Assembly: GCA_963796455.1 (NCBI GenBank)
Contig: CAWCLO010000001.1
Coordinates: 480,001 to 544,000, forward strand
DNA: 64,000 nucleotides
Direction: 5' to 3'
Source of the DNA: Candidatus Sulfomarinibacteraceae bacterium
GTDB taxonomy: Bacteria > Acidobacteriota > Thermoanaerobaculia > Thermoanaerobaculales > Sulfomarinibacteraceae
Under the pieces are notes generated by a model, which was not told the origin of the DNA, made no database searches, and was given only the letters and a program-made list of their open reading frames with translations. Below, piece after piece: positions 26,724 through 34,765 of the stretch. A program made the translations under genes and the position numbers. Position 1 is the stretch's first letter, and the number at the start of each line of letters is the position of its first letter.

Positions 26724-29663
26724 TCAATTCGCCTGGCGGTGTTGATCGAGATTCGACAGCCTGTTCGACACATCCCGGTACGAGGGGTCGGCCGCCATCA
26801 GCTCCTGGAATATCTCTTGCGCCTGGTCGATATCACCGGCCGCTTCGTAAGCAGCTGCGAGGTCGTAGCGAAGCCCGATGCGGGCATCTTCAGAGAGATC
26901 GGGTGCCACCAAGGCCTTTTGATACCACTCCGCCGCCTCGGACCACATTCCCTGCTCCTGATAGCAGACCCCGATGGTCGCACAACTGTCGACAAAGTAT
27001 GCAGTGTCTCGCGACGCCACCTGAAATTCTCGAATCGCTTCGGGCAACAACCCCATCTCACGGTACGCGATACCGAGGTTGTAGTGGGTGTCCGAATCCT
27101 CTTCCGACAATTGTTCGGCAACGCCCTTCTGGAATTCCCGGAAGACTTCTTCCAATATCGCCTCGCCCTTGCCACGACCGGTCGCTTCGTCGACCATCGC
27201 CTCCTCCGCGGCCAGCTCCGCTTCGAGTTCCTTGGCGAGATCGATATATTGTTCCTCGTCCGCAAAGAGTTCTTCCGCACCCTCTTCGACGGCTTCGACC
27301 TGTCCGAGCAGAACCCCGACCTCCTTGAGTTTAAGCCGCCGTTCGACGACCTCCGGGTCCTCACCGTGTTCTTCTTCGAGCTTTGCCAACACACGGGCGG
27401 CGTCCTCGTAGAGATCCTGATCGATGAAGAAGTCGATCTGCTCGAGGTCTCCCATCGAAGGACCGACAAAGCTGTCGGTAATTTCGACCAACTCGTCCGG
27501 CACTTCTTCGACAACCAGAGGCATCTCTTCCACAACCGGCTGCGCCGGCTCTTCAGCAACAACCTGGGCTTCGGGCTCTTCGACGACCCGAGCCATTTCA
27601 GGCTCTTCGATCGCCACGATTTCGGGCTCCTCGGCTGTCACCGCTTCCGACTCGTCGACAGCGGCCGACTCGTCGATCTCGGCTGCGACCACCGGCTCTT
27701 CAGGCACGCTGGGCGGTTCCGGCAGATCGATCTGCTCTGCAACCGCCTCCACGACCTCGGCCGTTTCGTCGGCGACGCCCATCCCTGAAGCAAAATCGAC
27801 AGGAAACTCCTCGACTTCGAGCACCTGATCTTCGGCCGGCGGAATTGACATCTCACCTTCGATGTCCACGACCTCGATCAGATCGCTCTCTTCATCAACA
27901 AACTCGGCCGCCGGCGGTTCCGAGCTCGCAACAGCCTCGTCGCCGCCGGTCGAATCTTCCGCGAGCTCCACCGGTTCACCTGAAGTCACCAGTGTCGGGA
28001 CGTCGGCGTCAGCCGACGGGACCGATCCGTCGACGATTTCGGGTAAGACATTGACGAGGTCGGCCAGCTCATCCATCGAGTCCTGGGCACGATGATGCTC
28101 CACCAACGGTCCAGCCATCGAAACGGCCTTATCGCGGTCCCCCTGCTCTGCATACAGGAGAACCAGGCGTCGACGGGGCTCGAATTCATCCGGGCAAAAA
28201 AGGACCACATCCTCGAGATGGCTGACGGCTTTTTCTACCAGCCCGTACTTGGCAAAAACAGCAGCCTCGGCGAGCCGTTCCTGCAGATCGAACGAATCGG
28301 GCGCCGGAACCTCAGAACCCGACGGCGTCGATCGGGCGACTTTCTCGGTCTTTGGGGTCTCTTGGCCCGAAAGCGTCTCGGCTTCGATGACCTCGGCGAC
28401 TTCTTCTTCATCCTCTTCTTCATCGATCTCGATGACCTCGATATCGCCGTCTCGAAAGGTATCGTCGGTTCCGGGAGGCTGATGTACCTCGGCATTGACG
28501 CTATCGAGGGTCGACAATCGCTGCCGAAATTGCTGATTCTCGGGTTCGGTCTCTTGAACCTCGAGAAACAACCGCTTCGCCTTCTCGAGTTCTTTCGATT
28601 GGTAATAACTCTCAGCGAGTGCCGCCTTCAGGGTGAAAAGAGTTTCCGCCTCGTCGGAGGAGGCAAAGGCCCTGACGCCGAGCTGCAGAACCACCTGATC
28701 TTCAGGCAGTTCCTGAAGCAGATTTTTGAGCACGCGTTGCGCCTTTTTGGTCTTGCCCTTTTCGAGCATCGCCTCGATCACCGGGACGAGCATCTCGCGC
28801 GCTTCGTCGACCTCGCCTGAGGTCAGCAGCGCACCGCCCACCAGCGATCGCATCTCCGCGTTGTCGGGCTTCACGGCCAGAACTCTGTTGGCGATTTCCA
28901 TCGCCGCCTTGTTCTCGCCCATCGTCAGATGAGTGCGAACCAGTAGCGTGTTCAGTTCAACGTTCTCAGGCGAGGCGCCGACGGCCCAGTTCAGGAACTC
29001 GAGCACCACCGGAGTTCGGCCGGAGTCGAGAAAGACCTCGCAGACCTTGATCATGAAGTCGCCTTGCGGTGGATCCTGTTCGAGAACATGGCGATAGAGC
29101 CGCTCGGCCTCATCGAGCTTTTCAGCCTCGAGCAGCATCCCGCCGAGACGATCGTAGACTTTGAGAGCCGAATTGATTTCGCCCCGCCTCAAAAGGAGGT
29201 CGGCGAGCCGGAGCGCCGATACATGGTTCGACGGGTCCAGATCAACCAGCTTTTCGTGGCTCTCGATGGCCTTTTCGAGCTCTCCGTTTTTGACGTACCA
29301 ATCCGCGAGGATCTGATACTCGCGTTTCGCCTCGACCATCAAGCCCTGGTCAAAATAGAGATCGGCGAGGCGTTCGAAAATATCGAGGCGTTGCGGGTCC
29401 AGACGCTGAATTTTTTTCAGTATCGCGATGGCTTTGGTCGTGAACCCATCCTTGGTGAAATGGTCCGCGATTTCTTCGTACAACTCGATCGCACGCTGGA
29501 GCTGTCCAACCCGCCCGTACAGGTCTCCGACCCGGTTGATGATGGTCGTGTCGTCGGGAAAGCGCCTGCGGATCTTCTCGTACTCTTTGATGGCCTGCTC
29601 GAGCTTGCCCTTTTGGACCAGCTTTTCTGCATCCTTGAGGATCTTGTCCCGTTTTATGGCCAT
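26724..29663 (-). CDS. Large TPR protein with acidic linker (SgmX-like architecture)
   Basis: N-terminal TPRs (DGFTTKAIA), EA.VF.KYGL segment, Glu/Pro-rich linker and C-terminal TPRs (THYNLGIAYREMGL). Confidence 0.75.
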   Translation of the reverse strand: MAIKRDKILKDAEKLVQKGKLEQAIKEYEKIRRRFPDDTTIINRVGDLYGRVGQLQRAIELYEEIADHFTKDGFTTKAIAILKKIQRLDPQRLDIFERLADLYFDQGLMVEAKREYQILADWYVKNGELEKAIESHEKLVDLDPSNHVSALRLADLLLRRGEINSALKVYDRLGGMLLEAEKLDEAERLYRHVLEQDPPQGDFMIKVCEVFLDSGRTPVVLEFLNWAVGASPENVELNTLLVRTHLTMGENKAAMEIANRVLAVKPDNAEMRSLVGGALLTSGEVDEAREMLVPVIEAMLEKGKTKKAQRVLKNLLQELPEDQVVLQLGVRAFASSDEAETLFTLKAALAESYYQSKELEKAKRLFLEVQETEPENQQFRQRLSTLDSVNAEVHQPPGTDDTFRDGDIEVIEIDEEEDEEEVAEVIEAETLSGQETPKTEKVARSTPSGSEVPAPDSFDLQERLAEAAVFAKYGLVEKAVSHLEDVVLFCPDEFEPRRRLVLLYAEQGDRDKAVSMAGPLVEHHRAQDSMDELADLVNVLPEIVDGSVPSADADVPTLVTSGEPVELAEDSTGGDEAVASSEPPAAEFVDEESDLIEVVDIEGEMSIPPAEDQVLEVEEFPVDFASGMGVADETAEVVEAVAEQIDLPEPPSVPEEPVVAAEIDESAAVDESEAVTAEEPEIVAIEEPEMARVVEEPEAQVVAEEPAQPVVEEMPLVVEEVPDELVEITDSFVGPSMGDLEQIDFFIDQDLYEDAARVLAKLEEEHGEDPEVVERRLKLKEVGVLLGQVEAVEEGAEELFADEEQYIDLAKELEAELAAEEAMVDEATGRGKGEAILEEVFREFQKGVAEQLSEEDSDTHYNLGIAYREMGLLPEAIREFQVASRDTAYFVDSCATIGVCYQEQGMWSEAAEWYQKALVAPDLSEDARIGLRYDLAAAYEAAGDIDQAQEIFQELMAADPSYRDVSNRLSNLDQHRQAN

Positions 29664-29762
29664 CTCGTCTCAATCTCCTCGATCAAAGCTATACCCAGGA
29701 TGGCACGTAACAACGCAGCCTCCCTGAACAATCTGGACTCATATCTGTCCTGATCCCAGGGT

Positions 29763-30347
29763 TTATGGTAGCACAGGCGACCACCGGAATCCGCGGCGAT
29801 GGAGTACGGTCGAACCGTGATTCTGCAAGCCCTTCCGGTGTTCGACAGTGCCGTAACCCTTGTTATTCTCCCACTTCCATTTCGGAAACCGGGTGGAGAG
29901 GTCGACCATGAGGCGGTCTCGGTGGACCTTTGCCACGATCGAGGCCGCGGCCACCGAAAAATAATCGCGGTCAGCACGGGTCGGCGACAGGACAGGACAA
30001 CCGAGATCGCCCGGATCGACGTGGTCAGTGACAACAACGCAATCGGGAGTCAGAAGTGCGCCTGCCGCAGAACGCATCGCCAGACGGGTCGCTTCGAGGA
30101 TATTCAATTCATCGATCAACTCGACCCAGATCTCGCAGAGCGCGTAGGACATCTCTCCCGCCAGGAGACGGGCCGCGACGGCTTCGCGGCGTCGTGGGGT
30201 CAATTGCTTGGAATCGCGAACCTCGGGATCGTCGGGGATGGACGAGAACGCTGCCGCGCCGACAACAACGGGGCCCGATAACGCTCCCCTTCCGACTTCA
30301 TCCACACCAATGATGAAATCGGCATCATCCAAGACACGGCGGTCCAT
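29763..30347 (-). CDS. rnhB: Ribonuclease HII
   Basis: GVDEVGRG, DSKQL, AAASIVAKVHRD and NKGYGT. Confidence 0.95.
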   Translation of the reverse strand: MDRRVLDDADFIIGVDEVGRGALSGPVVVGAAAFSSIPDDPEVRDSKQLTPRRREAVAARLLAGEMSYALCEIWVELIDELNILEATRLAMRSAAGALLTPDCVVVTDHVDPGDLGCPVLSPTRADRDYFSVAAASIVAKVHRDRLMVDLSTRFPKWKWENNKGYGTVEHRKGLQNHGSTVLHRRGFRWSPVLP

Positions 30348-30387
30348 TGATCCGAGTTTGTGCTGTCGCCCAGGAAACCGGGATCGG

Positions 30388-30732
30388 TCAGCGGCCACGC
30401 TCTTTGATCCGCGCCGCCTTACCGCGAAGGTTGCGGATGTAGTAAAGCTTGGCCCGCCGCACCTGTCCACGCCGGGAAACTTCGATCTTGGCGATGGACG
30501 GCGTGTGGAGAGGGAAGGTCCGCTCGACGCCGATTCCGGAAGAAATCTTGCGAACGGTAAAGGTCTCCGAAACACCGCCGTGCTTGCGCGCGATCACGAG
30601 ACCCTCAAAAATCTGAATGCGTTCTTTCTCGCCCTCTTTGAGGCGCACGTGGACCTTGACATTGTCGCCGGGGCGAAACTCGGGAATGTCGGTCTTCAAA
30701 TATTCTTGCGTCACTTCGCGAATGAGGTCCAT
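30388..30732 (-). CDS. rplS: 50S ribosomal protein L19
   Basis: [17 protein letters not shown] and VRRAKLYY. Confidence 0.98.
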   Translation of the reverse strand: MDLIREVTQEYLKTDIPEFRPGDNVKVHVRLKEGEKERIQIFEGLVIARKHGGVSETFTVRKISSGIGVERTFPLHTPSIAKIEVSRRGQVRRAKLYYIRNLRGKAARIKERGR

Positions 30733-31004
30733 CTTCGTCGCCTCCAAAGGAATCCCGATCCGCCTGGGCGGTACCGGGGCGGGGAGTATACATGCCTTCC
30801 CCAGCGAGGACAAGGGGTCGCGGGCTGCCCGCAGGGAAACGGAACGGGTCCCGTCGTTCGATGCTCGATACTGGATGCTAGATGCTAGATCACTGCTGTC
30901 CAAGACATCATCTCAGACAGCGATCAGGGACGGCGACAGCGATCAGTGTTCAGCATCAGCGAACAGTAGTCAGCGTCACGTTTGACTGGTATGGAGCCCT
31001 GAAA

Positions 31005-31378
31005 TCAAGACTTTGGGTTGAGTAAACGCCAGGTCATCGCACGGACTTGATCGAAGGCCTTCATCGCTTCACCGGCTCCATTCCGGTTGACCGCCCCAGC
31101 GTGGACGAGGAGCTCCAGGTGGCTGTCGACCTCTTTCGCCGAGGCGTAGGCGATTCTCCAGTGGTTCGATCGGTCTCTACCAATCGGCCGTGCCCTTCTG
31201 CCAGATTCGCAGGGACCGAACTTGCCGACCGGATGACCTGATCGGCAATGGACTTCAGCGGAGCTGGAACCCTCATCACGAGCTTGATCGCGATTCCTGC
31301 TGCTTCGAGGGCTTTCGAGTGGGCAACGAGGTTGGTGGTCGTGGCGGCTGAGGAAATGGTCACCTCCGGGTCGTTCAT
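31005..31378 (-). pseudogene. Four-helix-bundle protein (Avd / 23S rRNA intervening-sequence protein-like), frameshifted near 31182
   Basis: IADQVIRSASSVPANLAEGHGR in one frame continues as GRDRSNHWRIAYASAKEVDSHL...VRAMTWRLLNPKS* in another; about 124 aa when repaired. Confidence 0.88.
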
Positions 31379-31391
31379 GCCCATATCCACA

Positions 31392-31462
31392 AGCCGGTGT
31401 GGTGGCCGATGTCAAGGATGCCCTGCACCCTGCCTGTCCTTGACATCGGCCGCCCACCGGCT
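31392..31462. promoter_or_regulatory. Strong hairpin immediately upstream of the four-helix-bundle start
   Basis: 15-bp perfect stem GGCCGATGTCAAGGA/TCCTTGACATCGGCC, extended by AGCCGGTG/CACCGGCT. Confidence 0.75.
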
Positions 31463-31964
31463 ACCTATTCTGTTGAACGACCCGGTGGTGGCCACTTCGC
31501 CGACTGGACTCCTGATCGCTGCCGCTGGACACTGATTGCTGATCTCCGTCGCTGATCCCTGTCGCTGACGCTGCCTCCTGTCGCTGTCCCTGCACCTTGG
31601 ACGCTGTCGCTGCCGCTGCAATTCGGACGCGGACGCGGACACGGGCACGGGCACGGGCACGGACAACCGCGAACCGGATATGCCAAAAACCAACCCGTAA
31701 ACCACGTGTTGTCAGGTGGGTAACTTTTCGTGAGATTCTGTTTTGGACAGCAGTGATGCGAGATGCTGGATCCCACAACCACTTGGCAGAGGGGCACGGG
31801 GGGAGAGGGGCGGAGGACAGCCCGGCATCCTCGCTATCGCTATCGGGATCGCTATCGCTATCGAACGGCTGCTGTGGATATCGACCTCGAAAGGTGGAAA
31901 GGAGCCGACGGGAAAGGGAGAACCACTCGGCACCAATTTCTCCTAAACGCGAATGTCGCCTCCC

Positions 31965-32087
31965 GATGTCATCCTGAGCGGAGCCCGCCCTGGGGCGTAG
32001 TCGAAGGATCTATTGCCCACCCGGGGGAGACCCAAGGCCGCAGATCCTTCGACTCCGCGCTCGAAGCGCTGCGCTCAGGATGACATC
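31965..32087. repeat. Long palindromic repeat (GTCATCCTGAGCG...CGCTCAGGATGAC type)
   Basis: 16-bp perfect outer IR plus 13-bp inner IR AGTCGAAGGATCT/AGATCCTTCGACT; half copy at 42208-42286. Confidence 0.85.
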
Positions 32088-32099
32088 TTGAACGACAGT

Positions 32100-32269
32100 G
32101 CCGATCCCGATCCCGAAAGGGAGAAAGGGAGAAAGGGGGAAAGGGAGAGAAGGGAGAACCGTGCCGGAAGGATCTGCTCATGATAAGGAGCAGGGTCCTC
32201 TGCTCCTCTGCTCCTCTGCTCCTCTGCTCCTCTGCTCCTCTGCTCCTCTGCTCCTCTGCTCCTCTGCTC
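32100..32269. repeat. Composite octamer repeat: (AAAGGGAG)n - spacer - (CTCCTCTG) about x9
   Basis: 8 perfect CTCCTCTG units at 32203-32266 plus partial units. Confidence 0.9.
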
Positions 32270-32882
32270 ACTTCTCGCCAGGATGCACCGGTAAACCGTC
32301 CTCTTCCTCACCATGCTCGCCCCACTCGGCGGGTGCCGGGATTCCGAAAATCCGGTATCCGTCGGCCTCCGGTACCAGAACGACTCTCCCATGTGCGTCC
32401 AGAACTTCGTCTTCCGGCCAGAGCGCGCCACTCGAGCTGTCAAAAGCCCGAAAACCGAAAGGCACTTCCGCTCCATCTGGTGCGAGCCAGTCGGGGACCA
32501 CCAGATCCCAGCGCTCGTCATCCTCGGCAACCGCCCGAAATTCGATTGCTGCACCGGTCTTCGACCCGAGGTCCTGGCGCGCGGCGAGCAGTTCCTCCGC
32601 CTCGCCGAGCAGATCTTCGAGCATCTGCTCGGCAAAGGCCTGGACCTTTTCACCGTCATCGGTGCCCGTCACCTCAGCAGACAGGAGCAGATGGTACTCA
32701 TCACCTTCGAGCTCGTCGCCGGCTACGAAATCAAATTGAAGCTCCGAACCGTCTTCGACGGATTCGACATCGAAAGACGAGCCATGGACCAAATCTCGTA
32801 CCACGATCGCGATCAGCAGCTCTTCGGTCGAGGACGCCGGAAAGCCGATTTCCCACCCTGTTTCCCACGATGCCATCGTCAT
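32268..32882 (-). CDS. Acidic hypothetical protein
   Basis: 4-bp overlap with the ttcA stop; coherent composition. Confidence 0.7.
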   Translation of the reverse strand: MTMASWETGWEIGFPASSTEELLIAIVVRDLVHGSSFDVESVEDGSELQFDFVAGDELEGDEYHLLLSAEVTGTDDGEKVQAFAEQMLEDLLGEAEELLAARQDLGSKTGAAIEFRAVAEDDERWDLVVPDWLAPDGAEVPFGFRAFDSSSGALWPEDEVLDAHGRVVLVPEADGYRIFGIPAPAEWGEHGEEEDGLPVHPGEK

Positions 32883-33637
32883 GCCTCCACTTTTCCTTCG
32901 TTTTCATTTCTATATTGCCGGACCGCGGCCCAATACAGTTGGCGCCGCACCAGTCTTTGATCGCGCCCGAGGCCCGCCAACACCTCACGAATTTTGCCAC
33001 GTTTTGACCGTCGATCGCGATCGCACCCTGCGTAGGGCTCCGGCAAGCGAGCCAGGCGGGCCATACGAAGCAGCTCACGATGCTGCAGTTCATACATCGG
33101 ACGCACCACAGTCACCGCGCCGTCAAAATATGAACGGAGCGGGGGCAGCGCCTCCGCCGTGCCTGTGAACATCACGCTCATCAACCAGGTCTCGACCACG
33201 TCATCAGCGTGGTGCCCCAGGGCGACATGGCGGGCCTGGTGTCGCTCGGCCGCCTCGATCAGCGTGCGGCGGCGGATCCTGGCGCAGGAGTAACAGTCGA
33301 GCTCATCATGATCTTTCGCCTCGATCCGAGGTTCGCACTCCGCCAACTCGATCCCCGACTCCTCGAACCACGCCGTGAACCTCGGCGGCAGCCCCTCGCA
33401 GCGTCCAACAGAATTGAGACGCACATGGAGAGCTATTAGCCGCAGCGGGTCCTCGAGCCGCCGGTTGTACTCCATCAAGAGATGGGCCATCGCGAGGCTG
33501 TCGACCCCGCCGGAAATCGCCATCGCGATACGGGAACCCTGCGGTAGCAGCGGCCACCGTCTCGCCGTCCGTCGCATCTTTCCGAGCAGCCGGCCGGCAC
33601 ATCGCCCGGCCCTGGATTCATCGTCAGTCCTGGTCAT
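32879..33637 (-). CDS. ttcA: tRNA 2-thiocytidine biosynthesis TtcA-family PP-loop protein
   Basis: SGGVDS PP-loop, CYSCARIRR, ALGHHADD and VVRPM. Confidence 0.8.
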   Translation of the reverse strand: MTRTDDESRAGRCAGRLLGKMRRTARRWPLLPQGSRIAMAISGGVDSLAMAHLLMEYNRRLEDPLRLIALHVRLNSVGRCEGLPPRFTAWFEESGIELAECEPRIEAKDHDELDCYSCARIRRRTLIEAAERHQARHVALGHHADDVVETWLMSVMFTGTAEALPPLRSYFDGAVTVVRPMYELQHRELLRMARLARLPEPYAGCDRDRRSKRGKIREVLAGLGRDQRLVRRQLYWAAVRQYRNENEGKVEA

Positions 33638-34406
33638 CCCTCTTCTTACCGAAGAGCGCGGCGACGCCGATGCCGAGCAGGTAAAGGAGAATCATCGGGA
33701 CAGCAAAGACGGTTTGGGTGGCCACATCGGGGGTCGGCGTAATGACTGCGGCGGTAACAAAGATCAAAAGCACCGCCCACCGGAACCACCGCAAAAGCTG
33801 GCCCGCGCTGACGATGCCCATTCGGGCCAGGAAGAAGATCAACATCGGCATCTCGAAGACAAGACCCATTCCGAGCAGGATCTTGGACATCATCGAGAAG
33901 TAGGCGCCGATGGTCACCACCTGTTTGAATCCCTCACCGACCCCGAGCAGGAACTTGACCACCATCGGAAAGGCCACTCGATAACCAAAGTAGCCGCCGG
34001 CGATGAAAAAGAGGGACGTGAAAAAAATAAAGGGCAGAAACAAATTCTGTTCTTTCCGATAGAGACCCGGTTTGAGAAAGAACCAGAGTTGCGTCAAGAG
34101 CACCGGGGCGGCCGCGAAGATCGCGGTCAAGAGTGCCACCTTGATATACAGCATGAACGGCCCTGGGAGATCCGTGAACGCCAGTTTCTCACCCTCGGGA
34201 ACCGCTGCGAGGAAAGGCCGTTCCAGCCAATGAAAAATCGCCGGCGCAAAATACCAACTCGCGAGAAAGGCGACAAAAATCGCGATCACGGAGTAGAGAA
34301 TTCGCCGCCGTAATTCGTCAAGATGATCGAGCAGAGTCATCCGAGGCAGTTCGTCATCGAACTCCTCGCCAACCTCGTCGATCAGTTCCCGATCGTCCGC
34401 GGTCAC
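33624..34406 (-). CDS. tatC: Twin-arginine translocase subunit TatC
   Basis: LLDHLDELRRR, PGLY..E, GLVFEMP and ITPTPD. Confidence 0.96.
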   Translation of the reverse strand: MTADDRELIDEVGEEFDDELPRMTLLDHLDELRRRILYSVIAIFVAFLASWYFAPAIFHWLERPFLAAVPEGEKLAFTDLPGPFMLYIKVALLTAIFAAAPVLLTQLWFFLKPGLYRKEQNLFLPFIFFTSLFFIAGGYFGYRVAFPMVVKFLLGVGEGFKQVVTIGAYFSMMSKILLGMGLVFEMPMLIFFLARMGIVSAGQLLRWFRWAVLLIFVTAAVITPTPDVATQTVFAVPMILLYLLGIGVAALFGKKRDDQD

Positions 34407-34729
34407 GATGGACCACTCTCCTCAGTGGATTTTTCTGCCGGTTGTTCGGTGGGGTCGACCGACTGCTTGATCGACTCTTTCAGATCCGAAATCCCGATCG
34501 GGTCGGTCACTGTCTTTTTGATGTCCTTGATGTCTTTTCCGACATCCCGGATTTCGTCCGCAGCCACCTCGTCTTCGATGGTCCGTTTGAACTCGTTGGA
34601 CGCACGACGGAACTCACCCATCGCACGACCGATGGATCGACCGATCTGGGGCATCTTGCGCGGACCGAAAAGCAACAGGGCCACCACGAAGATGAGAATC
34701 AACTCGGGCATTCCGAGGGTACCGAACAT
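34403..34729 (-). CDS. tatA: Twin-arginine translocase TatA/TatB family subunit
   Basis: LGMPELILIFVVALLLFGPRKMP..GR..G....EFRR. Confidence 0.85.
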   Translation of the reverse strand: MFGTLGMPELILIFVVALLLFGPRKMPQIGRSIGRAMGEFRRASNEFKRTIEDEVAADEIRDVGKDIKDIKKTVTDPIGISDLKESIKQSVDPTEQPAEKSTEESGPS

Positions 34730-34765
34730 AGGCCTCCCGGTGGGTAGTATACCGGTGTTCCTTTC

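Larger units (their letters stand above)
30891..31755 (-). mobile_element. TIR element copy 5 (longest copy; carries the four-helix-bundle gene)
   Basis: Perfect 13-bp TIRs CACTGCTGTCCAA / TTGGACAGCAGTG, each flanked by AT, inside a (GATGCTN)n array. Confidence 0.88.

Noticed and set aside
31175..31190. Programmed ribosomal frameshift in the four-helix gene
   Set aside because: No slippery heptamer or homopolymer at the shift; a 1-nt deletion is simpler.
31392..31462. Sigma-70 promoter from TTGACA in the hairpin arms
   Set aside because: No acceptable -10 hexamer at 16-18 bp in the gene's direction; kept only as a structural feature.
30891..31755. Diversity-generating retroelement suggested by the Avd-like gene
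   Set aside because: No reverse transcriptase, and I noticed no TR/VR pair differing at adenines in the window.
31412..31797. Recurrent short ORFs in element arms (MVYGLVF..., TTRGLRVGFWHI..., RARARVRV)
   Set aside because: Frame, start and length differ between copies and the arms vary by frame-breaking indels; conservation is at the nucleotide level.
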